Source: Lama glama (Eukaryota). From it: DNA of 64,000 bases. Position numbers and translations under genes: made by a program. Location: assembly GCA_028534125.1 (NCBI GenBank), contig CM052816.1, forward strand, positions 28,026,001 through 28,090,000, in the 5' to 3' direction. The notes under the pieces are model-generated. The model saw nothing but the letters and a program-made list of their open reading frames with translations, was not told where the DNA came from and ran no database searches. Numbering within the stretch: position 1 is the first letter of the stretch; each line of letters begins with the position of its first letter. This document shows positions 1 through 11,800 of this stretch, in pieces.

Positions 1-1924
1 TTTGATAGTTTTGCAAAATTGAAATGTTAAAATTACAGGCAGGAATGCAGATAAAAAACTAAACTACAAACAATTTTTGATGAAAATGAAGTAGACAACA
101 ACCTGATATGCCAATTATTAACACAGCCCATCTTCAAATTGCTGTTTTTACGGTACCACCTTGTTATCAAAATCAACAGAGTTACCTACTAAGTGTTTTT
201 AGGCTTAAGACACACTGCTAGTCATCATGTGAATGAACAAGCTTAACACGTTGCAGTTAAATCATGAGTATGAGACAGATTAAAACACTGAAAATACAGA
301 AATTTCAAACATACGTAACTGGAAAAATATGCTACTATAGGGTGAGGAGACAGAAAATCACTGTAGACTGAGATGGTCAATTAGAAGCGGAGTAAGAAGC
401 AAATTGAAGATCATCTGTGATTTAGGAAATAGATAAAAGAATGCTTCGATGAGGAGAAAAGGGTAGGGAAGACCATGTTCAGAGGTTCTGACATCAGCAA
501 GAATACAGAGCCCCGTAACAAAGGGGAGTGTTTCTGCAGGATGAAAGGAAGAGATAAATCTTCAAAGGACAGTTGGCCACACTGCTGAAGTGGCCAGTAC
601 AAAGTTATGCATCAAAAAACATTTTTGAAAAATGTTCTAAAAGTGGAACTACCAGTACTATTTAATCTTGCATGAAAAGAAATAAATTTCTTTATAGATT
701 TTCTTATACAATTAATTTAGTTTTCTTAGCATTTGAATATATATTTTCACCTCTGACAGAAACTTCCTTCATTAAAAATATTTAACATATTTGAAGAAAA
801 TGTTTGTGCTTTTCTTATCATGGACTTCCTAATTTTCAGGCAAAATTAGCATAATGAAACAACTAGTTTATGAATTACTTTGTTTTAGTCATAGTTAGAA
901 AAATTTTTAAATTTTAGTAAGTATATTTTCAAAAACGTTCCCAAAGTCATCATGTTTTCAGCAAGGAAAAGAAAAATATTCCTTCCAGTGTAAAATATTC
1001 TTGGCATAGTATGTTATTTGTAGGGTTGAGACTGTTCTCCAACATCAAACACAACAATATTCCAGAGGCAGAATTCTGTTATCTTATCATTAGCATCAGA
1101 CAAACTGAAATCTAATCCGATGACTGAACGCCACATCAAGACTTGGCTACCATTTTTAAAACCTAGTGGTTTAGGATCCATACTTAGCTGAACTCATATT
1201 CCCGGCTGATGCACACCAAGGCATAACTCTAAAATATTTCATTTAAACCTACTAACTTCATCACATTCAATTTTACGAAGATCTATTTTCAAATTCTTAA
1301 TATTAGTAGACATTCAACTCTTGTATTACACTAAAAGAAAAAATAATTCTGATATTCATAATATTAGTTAGCAGTGTTAAGACTGGGATTCCTGATTTGC
1401 ACAAAAGCTGACGTCTCTAGGAAAGTGCATTCTTAATGAGAATGCTTACAGTACCTTGATTATAGTTTCAACAGCAAAATACACACCACATATCACACTG
1501 TGTGACATATTATTAAAATAGATTATGGGTGTCAGTATAAAAATTATGTATATCTTCTAAATACTATAGCCTTTACTCACGGGAGCATATGAAATGGTGA
1601 TAACTAATCCAGGGAAAATATTTGTGCATTTCTAAATGCAAACACTAAAAACGCTAGGATAGTCCCATCTTCTCTTTGGAGAGTGCTTATCACTTAGTAT
1701 AAAGATTAAACGTTTTATAAATATATTCAAAGTGATGTGTGAACAGAGATTTGGAGATTTAGAAGTAGAGACGATAACTTACAGAGTTAACGGAGAAAAA
1801 GATTTGTGGAACAATTGGATTAGGTGTATTTAGAAGTAAGAGCAGGCAGAGATGAAGGGTAAAAATGATTTTTTTTTTTACACAGACAGAATGGAAGCAA
1901 AGAATAAAGTCACAGAGAACACCT

Positions 1925-2250
1925 CATTCATTCACTTGCTTATTCAAATATTTCTGAGTGTGATGTGCTATGTGCCAGCCACAGTGACATGGAGAGAACA
2001 ATCCTTACTCTAGTTTATGGTGGGAAAAACAGTTAAAAGATAGCCACAAATATAATTTAAACTACGTATTTTAAAAATTCATAGGTATAACTAAAACAAA
2101 AAAGATTGAGAGAGAATAATGTGGAATAGAGGCTAGTTCTGAGTTGGGTGGTAATTTAGTCTCTTTCAGGAAATGACATACAAATGATGACCTGAAGGAG
2201 ATAAAGGAGGCAGCCTTGCAAAGGGACAAGAAAATAGCCCTTCAAGTAGA
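1925..2250 (-). mobile_element. L2 LINE 3' fragment (ancient)
   Basis: cattcattcacttgcttattcaaatatttctgagtg...tatgtgccagcc is the reverse complement of the typical L2 3' end; heavily diverged. Confidence 0.6.
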
Positions 2251-2254
2251 GAGG

Positions 2255-3375
2255 TTAATTTCATAGAGGGATCAATTCCTGAAGAGGATATAAAAATCCT
2301 TAATGTTAATGCATCTAATAGAACTTATATATGCATCATATATTCCAGAAGATAAACAACAGAACTTCAAAGACAATTAAACAAATCCATAATTACAGTG
2401 GAAGATCTGAACAGCCCTCTCTAAATAAATGCTAGAATAAAAAGACAGAAAATATTTAGAACATAAATCCCTGAACAACATTATCAAGCATTTTGTTTAA
2501 TTGATGATTACAGAACACTCCATGTTAACAGCAGCAATATACATTTCTGTGTGAACACAAATCACTAAGTGAGGTAGAGTATATTCTGGTCCATAGCAAG
2601 GTCACAATTAATATTAAAAAGATACAAGTACATATAGAATGCTCATTATACACAATGGAATTAAATTAGAAATCAATAACACAAAGATAAGCTAAAAATT
2701 CCCAAATATTTTGAAAGTAAATGATACACTTGTAAACAACCAGTGGGTCAAAGAGGAAATATAAATGGAAATCAGAAAATATTTTACAATGAATAAAAAA
2801 AAAAAACTAAGCACATCAAAATGTGTGGAATGTAACTAACACAGTAGTAAGTGGGAAACTGATAGGACTATCTAATAAAAGAAGGTCTAAAATGCATGAC
2901 CTCAAGTTCTATCGTTAAAAAAAATGAAGATCCCAAAAGCACAAAGAAAGCAACTGAAATAAAAAATAATACTCATCTGAGTGGAAATTAATGAAAAGAA
3001 AAATAATAGGACTAGTCAATAGGATCAATTGATGGTTCTCAAATCAATAAATTGATTATCAAAACTGACTGAAAATAAAAACAGAGAAAACAAGTTACCA
3101 TTAACAGGAACAAGAGTTGACATCAATACTGACTCTACAGATATTATAGAATAAAAAATATTAACAATGAATTTGATATCAACTATATAAACAACTTTAA
3201 TAGACAGAGATATTCAAGAAGAAATAATTTGAGCAGCCTTACAAGTATTAAAGAAATTGAATTTACAGTTAAAATCTTCCCCAAAAGAAAACAATAGAAA
3301 TAATGACTTTATTAGTGAATTCTTCCAAAAATTTAAGATATAGTTCTCAGTAAACTCTTCTTGAAAATTAAGAGT
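2255..3375 (+). mobile_element. Old LINE-1 ORF2 fragment (endonuclease and adjacent region)
   Basis: L1 ORF2 motifs such as aaatccataattacagtggaagat, acaatggaattaaattagaaatcaataac, aaacaaccagtgggtcaaagaggaaat and aagaaattgaatttacagttaaaatcttccc; many stops and indels. Confidence 0.85.
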
Positions 3376-3399
3376 TTATTTTCTCTTATCTGTGAATAA

Positions 3400-4440
3400 A
3401 GATAGCTTTTAGATTCCACAAATAAGTGAAATTATATGGTTTTTGTCTTCCTCTGACTTTTTCACTTTGCATAATACCCTCTAGGTTCATTCATGCTGTC
3501 ATAAATAACAAGATCCAACTTTTTTATGACTGAGTAATATTTCATTGTATACATACACCAAATCATCTTTATCCAATAATCTATTAATGGACAATTCGGT
3601 TACTTGCATATCCTGGCTATTGTAAATAATGCTGCCATGAACACTGGGTTGCATATATCTTTTCAAATTAATGTTTTTATTTTCTGCAGAAAAATGGCCT
3701 TAAGTAGAATTGTTAGATCTATTGGTAGATCTGTTTTTAATTTTTTGAGGAACCACCATACTGTTTTTCATAGTGGCTATACCAATTTACATTCCTACCA
3801 GCAGTGCACACAGGTTCTCTTTTTCCAACACTTGATCCTCACCAACACTTGGTATTTGTTGTCTTTTTGGTAACAGCTATTCTGACAGGTGTGAAGTGAT
3901 ATGTCATGGTGGTTTTGACTTGCATTTCCCTGATAATTAGTGATGTTGAGCACTTTTTCACGTGCATGTTGCCATTTGTATGTCTTCTTTGAAAAAAATG
4001 TCTATTCAGGTCCTCTGCCCAGATTTTAATTGGGCTGTTTGCTTTTTTTGGGATATTGATTCCATGAATTCTTTACTATTTTGGATATTAACCCCTTATC
4101 AGATATATCGTTAGCTATTATCTTCTCTCATTCAGTAGGATGCCTTTTTATTTATTGATAGTTTCCTTCACTGTGAAAAATTTTTTTAGTTTGAGGAAGT
4201 CCCATTTATTTTTGCTTTTGATTCCCCTAAGAGACATATCCAAAAATATATTGCTAATACTGGTGTCAAAGAGCAAACTGCCTATGTTTTCTTCTAACAG
4301 TTTTATGGTTTCAAATCTTACATTTGAATCCTTAATCTATTTTGAATTTATTTTTGCTTATGTATGAGATAGTCTAGTTTAATTTATTTTTTTGCATGTA
4401 GCTGTCCAGTTTCCCAACACGATTTACTGACAAGGCTATC
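3400..4440 (-). mobile_element. LINE-1 3' ORF2/3'UTR fragment
   Basis: Antisense L1 hallmarks ttttgaggaaccaccatactgtttttcatagtggct and gacttgcatttccctgataattagtgatgttgagc; ORF-track 3604 and 4140 entries are antisense-L1 readings. Confidence 0.9.
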
Positions 4441-4448
4441 TTTTTAAA

Positions 4449-4524
4449 GGAGGTACTGGGGATTGAACCCAGGACCTCATGCATGCTAAGCATGCACTCC
4501 AACACTTGAGCTATACCCACCCCC
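4449..4524 (-). mobile_element. tRNA-Ala(AGC)-derived SINE (Vic-1-like), short tail
   Basis: Reverse complement GGGGTGGGTATAGCTCAAGTGTTGGAGTGCATGCTTAGCATGCATGAGGTCCTGGGTTCAATCCCCAGTACCTCC: A/B boxes and AGC anticodon arm, with CpG-decay substitutions relative to tRNA-Ala. Confidence 0.85.
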
Positions 4525-6399
4525 GACGCTAAGACTCTTTTGTCTCATACTATGGATACTAAAGAACTATGTTACGAAAAATTAATGTTAAACTTCCATA
4601 CCTCGATACTTATTTTTACTTCTGCAAAACATAGCATTCTACATAATGAATTATAAATCTTAGTGGATACCATATAAGTCCTAACTTTTCATGCGTTTTT
4701 GTAATTACTAAAATTAGTATTTCTAAACTGATACTATCTAAAAAACATCTTATAAATGACTATGTTAATTATTATTTTTAACATCAATTCAGTAGCTCAA
4801 GGTACATTCCAAAACCGTACCTGAGGAGGTAAACTTAAAATGTGTATTAGTCAAAAAATAGATTGTTGTACCTTTTTTTAAAAACAAAATTAGAATTCAA
4901 AACAAAATTGTTTAATAAATGCACAAAAATAAGATGTGACCATTATAATCAAGAAAGAGAAGGATGCAAACTCAGCACTATTTACCAATTTATTTAATTA
5001 GCAATATTTTCCTGTTTCACTTTACATAATTTGAGGTTAAAGCTTAATCATAAATAACTACCTGTCATCTCTATCACGCTTATAGCTTAAATTAATCTGA
5101 AATAATATGAAATGCTTTAATTTATATTGCAAGAGAAAATACTGAATGCACCATTTTATTTCAGCTATACACATATGCACTGTTTATATTTCTCTAGATC
5201 TTAAGTCATAAAGTGTTTATGTTGTTTCTAAATGTGTTTAATGTTATTCCTTTCCTGAGCTACATTGATTACAGTGTAGAGATAAAAGTAGTTATCTCTA
5301 ACATGCAGAAAATTCTCCCTTGCTTGTTTTTAGGGATATGGAGGAAGCAGAGAGTTATACATCACCGTTATGAGTATGTTGGCAATAAAATATCTTTTAT
5401 GATAAAATATGGGTTTTTAGAATCAGACCAGCAGGAATTACTTTGTTTTTACAAAGACAGTAGTCTTTATTTCAAAAGACAGTTTCTTGTCTCAGCTGTT
5501 TTTAGCAATTTAAATTTGACATTGCTCTTTAAATTCTGCTATACATACTTATTTTAAAGGGTATATTTTATTTTGAACTTACTTCTACAGTAGTAAATAG
5601 AGTTGGCCCTCGACCACTAAAGCAGACAGTGTTTTCAGCTTTTCTTCAGAACACAACACATCATTACCTTCTGATCCTACTTTAAGAGTAAATGATGCCA
5701 TGTTCTAAAGTGGCTGCTGCTCACCAGAACTGTTATTAATTTAGTAAGTAACTTTCCTACCTCCATTCGTGCCTATTATATAATTAAAAAGGAAAAAAAA
5801 TACACTGTTTCCTTTCCCGGCCACCACCCATCCCTCATGCTGTCAAGTTGCACCTTAGAAACACAGAAAGAAGAGAAACTGTTGTCATGGAAATCCATCC
5901 AGAGTTTCATTAACTTGCCTTTTACAAGATATCATTTTCATCAATGTTGAATTTGGATGTTGCTTTAAACATACTAAGAACTGGAATGGAAAGAGGAATA
6001 GAACATGACTGAGCAGGCTCACTCTTTTAACACTCACAAGAATTATGCCATGTGCTTTTCTACAGCAATAGAGATAACATACAAATATTTTCCAAATCAA
6101 GAAATAATACCAGAATTCAGTATTTATCCATACCAAAATATCTGCATTTTTATAATCACCATGCCACCTGGTGATTCTTTGTACATTTTTCCTCTGCCTG
6201 AATGAATGGAGTTCATTGCATGTACTCATGGCAAATTCCTCTGAATTGTTTGAGATTCAGGTCAAACATTTTTTACTTTGAGAGACCTCCTTGCCTTTTC
6301 CTTCCTTAAAAAAAGTTGGTTAGGTTTTTATTCTACCATGACAGTAACTCCATTACAACATCTACCAAACTCTAAATATCTGCCCTCTTACCACATAAG

Positions 6400-6525
6400 C
6401 AATTACTGGACAAGGAATATTTATTATTCACCTTTGCTTCACTGGGACCCAGCAGGAACCCAGCACATGGTGGATGCACTGCCTTGTTAATGAATGAATG
6501 AATGAACAAATGAATGAATGAATTT
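6400..6525 (+). mobile_element. L2 3' end with (TGAA)n tail
   Basis: cccagcacatggtggatgc...aatgaatgaatgaatgaacaaatgaatgaatgaa. Confidence 0.65.
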
Positions 6526-6639
6526 AGCATCACTCTGAGATAAAAGGAAAGGATATTAAGTCAGAGTTCCAAAAACAACATGAATGCTTACTAAATCATA
6601 TACTTTAAGCTGGAGGAATTTTACTCAATGTGTAATAAT

Positions 6640-6775
6640 TAATAATAATAAGCTCTATTACATGCCTGGCCCAGTGCTAACTAACTGCATTATGTCACCT
6701 AATTACCAAATTAAATAAAGTATTGGCTTTATTTCCACTTTACATATGAATATATGGAGGTTTAGAGGTAACTTA
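6640..6775 (-). mobile_element. MIR SINE fragment
   Basis: tattacatgcctggcccagtgctaa...ccactttacatatgaatatatggaggtttagaggtaactt resembles the MIR core in antisense. Confidence 0.55.
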
Positions 6776-6784
6776 TATTAAGAT

Positions 6785-7975
6785 ATAAAGGCAATAAAAT
6801 AAAAAACAAACATGTGGGACTACATTAAGTTAGAAACCTTCAGTACAAAAGAAACCATCACCAAATGAAATTGCAACCCACAAATGGGAGAGAATATTTG
6901 CAAATCATCTATCTGATAAAGGGTTAATATACAAAATATACAAAAACATACAATTCACTAGCAAAAAAGTCAAACAATCTAATTTAAAAGTGAGCAGAGG
7001 ATCTGACTATAGACGTTTTTTCCAAAGAAGACATACAGATGGCCACCAGGCACATGAAGAGAAGCTCAACATCACTAATCATCAGGGAAATGCAAGTCAA
7101 AACCACAATGAGGTATCATTTCACACCTGTTAGAACTGGCTGCTATCAAAGAGACAATAAATAACAACTGTTGACAAGGATGTGAGAAAAAGGGATCCCT
7201 TGGACACTTTAAAGTGGGACCTTAATGCAGCCTCTATGGAAAACAGTACTGAGGTTTCTCAAAAAAGTAAAAGTATAACTATCATATGATCCAGCAAATC
7301 CACTTCTGCTTGTTTATCCAAACAAAACAAAAACACTAAATCAAAAAGATACCTGTATCCCCATTTCATTGCAGCTTTACTTACAATAGCCAAGATATGG
7401 CAACAGCCTAAGTGTCCATCAGTGGGTGAATGCATAAAGAAAATACGCACACGTGTGCGCACACACACGCGTATTATTCAGTCTGACAGAAGGAAAATGT
7501 TGACATTTTAAGGAAATATTGACATTCACAACAACATAGATGGATGTTGAGGGCATTATGCTAGTGAAATACATCAGACAGAGAAAACACATACTATGAT
7601 CTCACTTATATATAAAATCTAATAAACAAAAAACAAAAAAAGAAAACAAAATGAGCTTACAGATTCAGTGAAAAGACTGGTAATTGCCAGACATGGGAGA
7701 TGAGGGGTGAAGGGGATCAAAAGGCATAAACTTTGTTATAAATTATTGATGAGGATGTAATATACAGGATTGTCATTATAGTTAATACTGTACTGCATAT
7801 TTGCAAGTTGCTGTGAGAGTACATCGTCTAAGTTCTCATCACCAAAAAAATTGTAACTATGTACAGTGATGGATGTTAACTTTTTGTAGTCATCATTTTG
7901 CAAAATATTCAAATATCTAATCATTATGCTGTACACATGAAACTACAAAAAATGTCAATTATACTTTAACTAAAA
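6785..7975 (+). mobile_element. LINE-1 3' end (L1MA/L1MB-like)
   Basis: ORF2 C-terminal motifs (aacatcactaatcatcagggaaatgcaagtcaaaaccacaatgag; gccaagatatggcaacagcctaagtgtccatc) followed by the 3'UTR ending gtcaattatactttaactaaaa. Confidence 0.9.
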
Positions 7976-8759
7976 TATTTATGTATATGGTATGTAATAT
8001 ATATAATATAGGAGATATACAATTTCCTACTGTGTATATATGCATCTATATATCTACCTACCTCTAAACTGAGCACAGTCAAGACTCCAATGCCATTATA
8101 CAAAAATGGCAAATGAAAGTAAATAGCAATTGCATAGGACTATCTCTTTAAAATGGCTCAGGTTTGTAAAATGTCTTGCATAGTAATACAAACTAAAATT
8201 AATATTTCTTGAAAGTTTTATTTTTAACTATTAGAAATATAGCCATAAAATAAGTAGTTATTGAAAGCTATAGTGTTGAGTTCATATTAATAAGTAAATC
8301 ATGTTTTCATCACTGATTAAAAGTCAAGTAATATGGAATATGAGCACAGCCTGAAGTGGAATCTCTCATTATTACTAAGTTAATCAATTGGATGATTTTA
8401 TTAAGCTTTTACCATAACTCTCAATTTTGCCTTGATCTAGGGATGGAAAGTTTGTAGGAAATTTATGGAGAACACTACTTTATAGATGAGTTGTAATTCC
8501 ATTGGTTAATTACAATCTATTCAAATAAAATAACTAGGAATAATATAATACTTGTTTATGCCTTGGACTTGCTTTTCACCCACTTCTCCTTAACCAGTCA
8601 ATTCCTATACCTTTTAATCTCGTTATCCCCTCTTTTTTTTCAGATGTAATATTAAATGTAACTTCTTTCAGAATATCTGAATTCTTAACCTAGGTTAGGA
8701 TATACTACTACGTCTTTTTAATTTTAAGAATTTCTTTCATTTTTATTTTTTGTAAACAT

Positions 8760-8872
8760 TTTTGTTGTTGAAATATAGTTGACTTACAATGTAGTGTTCA
8801 TTTCAGGTGTATAGAAAAGTGATTCAGTTATACATATAGATATACATATATGTGTGTATATATATATATTCT
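8760..8872 (-). mobile_element. LINE-1 extreme 3' end fragment
   Basis: ttgaaatatagttgacttacaatgtagtgttcatttcaggtgtatagaaaagtgattcag is homologous in antisense to the L1 3' ends at 32.6 and 61.3 kb. Confidence 0.75.
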
Positions 8873-11800
8873 TTATCACGTAAAAATGGTCACTTCAAAT
8901 AAAATTTAATCTCATATATATATTTTGGATGAATCAAATAAATTATTATAAAACCAAGGAAATAATAGATCCTTTACATTTATCGTACAATTTATAATAT
9001 AAATAGTAAGCATTGAGATCAGTTCTAATAAGAATAGTTGAAATTCCTAATAACATAAATATTGATCCTCATTTCCTCCAATCTTCCTGCTTTTCTTTCC
9101 CCACTTTTTATTTCTTTTTTCTTTCCTTAACTTCTTCAGGAAAGACAAATCACATTAATCCTATCAGAAGGTCCTGCCAAATTTATCCACTAAATCACTG
9201 GTTTACCTGCAACACTGTCAGGGTAAATAATGTCTTCACAGAGGAATCTGTTACGAAGTCAGTTAGTCACACTGATTAGCAAAGTACACAGAGGGACATT
9301 CTGTGTACAAGAAGGATATCTGGTAAGATATTTTTTAAAATTTGATGCTCTATTTGGAAGTGACAAAACTTTAAAAATTATTTCAGTGACTTGAGACATT
9401 AATATTACTCAAGGCTTACAGTGAATGATTTTAAGCTTGAACATATACTTACTACTTGTGAATATACCTATCTATCTATATATATGTGTATATATACGTC
9501 ACATGTAGGTCAAAAGATGTATTTTCTGTCTAAAATCACTTTCTATTAACCTGTATTGCAAATGTGATATATTAATATTACTTTAAAAATGTGCAACCTA
9601 AATGTTTGGCAGAAGGATTAATCCTTAAGAGGAAATATTTTTTCTGTATGCTTTAATTATCATAACTTTGATAACCTGAAATACAAGTTAATTTTAAACT
9701 ATTTTACAATTTTTTCCTATACTATTTAAGCAGTAGTTAGAGACTGACTTTTTTCTTGATTCTGGTTTTAGAGGCAACATCAAATCCCGAAGGTGACAAT
9801 TTTTGATATCCACACGCTAAATGACACGCCTGTGTGTATGTTTCTAAGATTGAATGTCCTGTGGAAAGCAATAGAGAAAGGGACAAGATGGAAATTGAAC
9901 TGCTTTCCAGTCTTTCTCAACAAAATGTTCACATTGTGACTATTAGACCAAGTTTAAATTACTGTTCAAAGAACTAAATGGCAATTCAAACATAACCCTA
10001 TAAACTTTGGCAAGGCACTTTCAGATTGTGTACAGATAATAACAGCTGCAGACTTAAAGATGAATGAATTTTGTTAGGTCTCCACGGTAAACAAGTCTGA
10101 GTTATTAAGAGGAGATTCTAAGACATGATTAAATGTGAAGGAAATTTTTTGGAGATGGAAATAGTGGAAAGCCTTCAAACCACAATGCAAATCTGACACC
10201 TATAGAAGGAGAGAGCGAAGAAAGAGAAGTGAATGGAAAAAAATATTCAGACTGAAGTAACCAAGTTTCAAGAAATTTTTGGCAACGCAGTGAGTTTTCC
10301 TCCCAGAGTTCGCCACCGGAGGAGTTTATATCTTGCCATAATAAGCTGCTTAATACCTCTGTCATGCTCAGTCACTGCCTGGGAGCTGCCTGTGGAACAT
10401 GTGTCCACAGTGTGAAGGCAGCAACGGACCCAGAGGTGTGCAGGTGGGGTCAGTAAATTATACTCCTCATGTAGGAGGCTGAAGTAACACGTTTCTATGG
10501 TCATCATAACATTCAAGGTATTATTAATCATCTATTGCTTCAAAATACTGTCTAGAATACACCAGGCCTATTGTAATATTTTGCTCTTTTGCTCATTCTC
10601 TAAAACTAGGAAAAAATTCCCCAAAAAAGGGGGTATGAATGAAACATCATTTCTCTTGAAATCATTGTGTAATAGTACTAACAACTGTAATCAAAGACCC
10701 ACAAGATATTATAGTGATAAAAATCAAATTATTCTAAACTTTATTAGGAGAAAAAATATGCAAAGGATTCATGAATATTATGGGAAAATATAGAAAACAC
10801 AAACTAACTACAAAATGCTGCAGTCATATATAAAAACAGAGTAAAAAGGTTAGTGACAAACTGGGTGGTATTACTAAGTGTCAAACAAGTATGCCAATGG
10901 AAAATTTAAGAATACAAAATTTGTATCTAGAATATGAGAAGTTGCATTTCAAATCTGTATGAAAAGAATGTGCAAAATAAGTGTTACTATACATATAATA
11001 ACATAAATATATATAATAGCACATTTGGAACACAATGTATTGAACCTAAAAATTAATTCATAACTCAATGAAGCACTCAATATAATTAACTAGAAATAGA
11101 TTACAGAAAATGGATAAATAAGGAGATGTCAAAGAAGAAAACAATAACAAAATACTCTTGCAATTTAATATTAGAAAGTTATTTTTCTATGTATGAGCTT
11201 GTATGTTTTCATTTAACATAACTAAAGTGTTTGGTGTGGCATTTAGGAAACTGAGAATCTAGTTAAATGCAGTTTTTCGTTAATATCTCAGGCATTTTTT
11301 TGACATCTGTTTGTCTATTTTCTCATCAGTTTAGATATACACAGATATTTTCTAAATAATAACTGCTTATTAGAACTGTGTCTCTATATACTCAATGAAT
11401 TTTTTAAAAGGCCAACGTGATTATGTAAGTTAGGAACAATTTGTACCGTACTATCAAGAGAACCAAGTTCTAGATATAAAAATAATTTGTATGTAAATTG
11501 AAAAATTTCTTTTAACTTTTCTGAGCCTCCAATTTCTCATCTGAGACTTATCTCATAATTAATCAGAATTGAAGAATACAAGCTGATGTAGCCAGTGCAC
11601 CCCAGTTCCCAGCCTCCTATAACAAGAGAACAAATACTTTCTCCTCTCATACTGACACCTTGTTATAATGCTCTATCATGGCAAAATGTCATGATGAAAG
11701 CAACATATCTAATTTTTAAAAATTCCTCAATTCTCTTTTTTCTTATTAATTATCCTAACATCTTTCGTTGTTTCTTTTATTGTTAGAAGATTTGAGGGGT

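Noticed and set aside
2255..4440. Second twin-priming L1 (plus fragment next to minus fragment)
   Set aside because: Wrong geometry: the plus fragment abuts the 3' end of the minus element, the consensus positions do not adjoin, and the plus piece looks older.
4449..4524. Functional tRNA-Ala gene (also 18907-18987 and 61113-61181)
   Set aside because: Three diverged copies with A-rich tails, CpG decay and damaged A/B boxes or stems; these are SINE copies, not tRNA genes.
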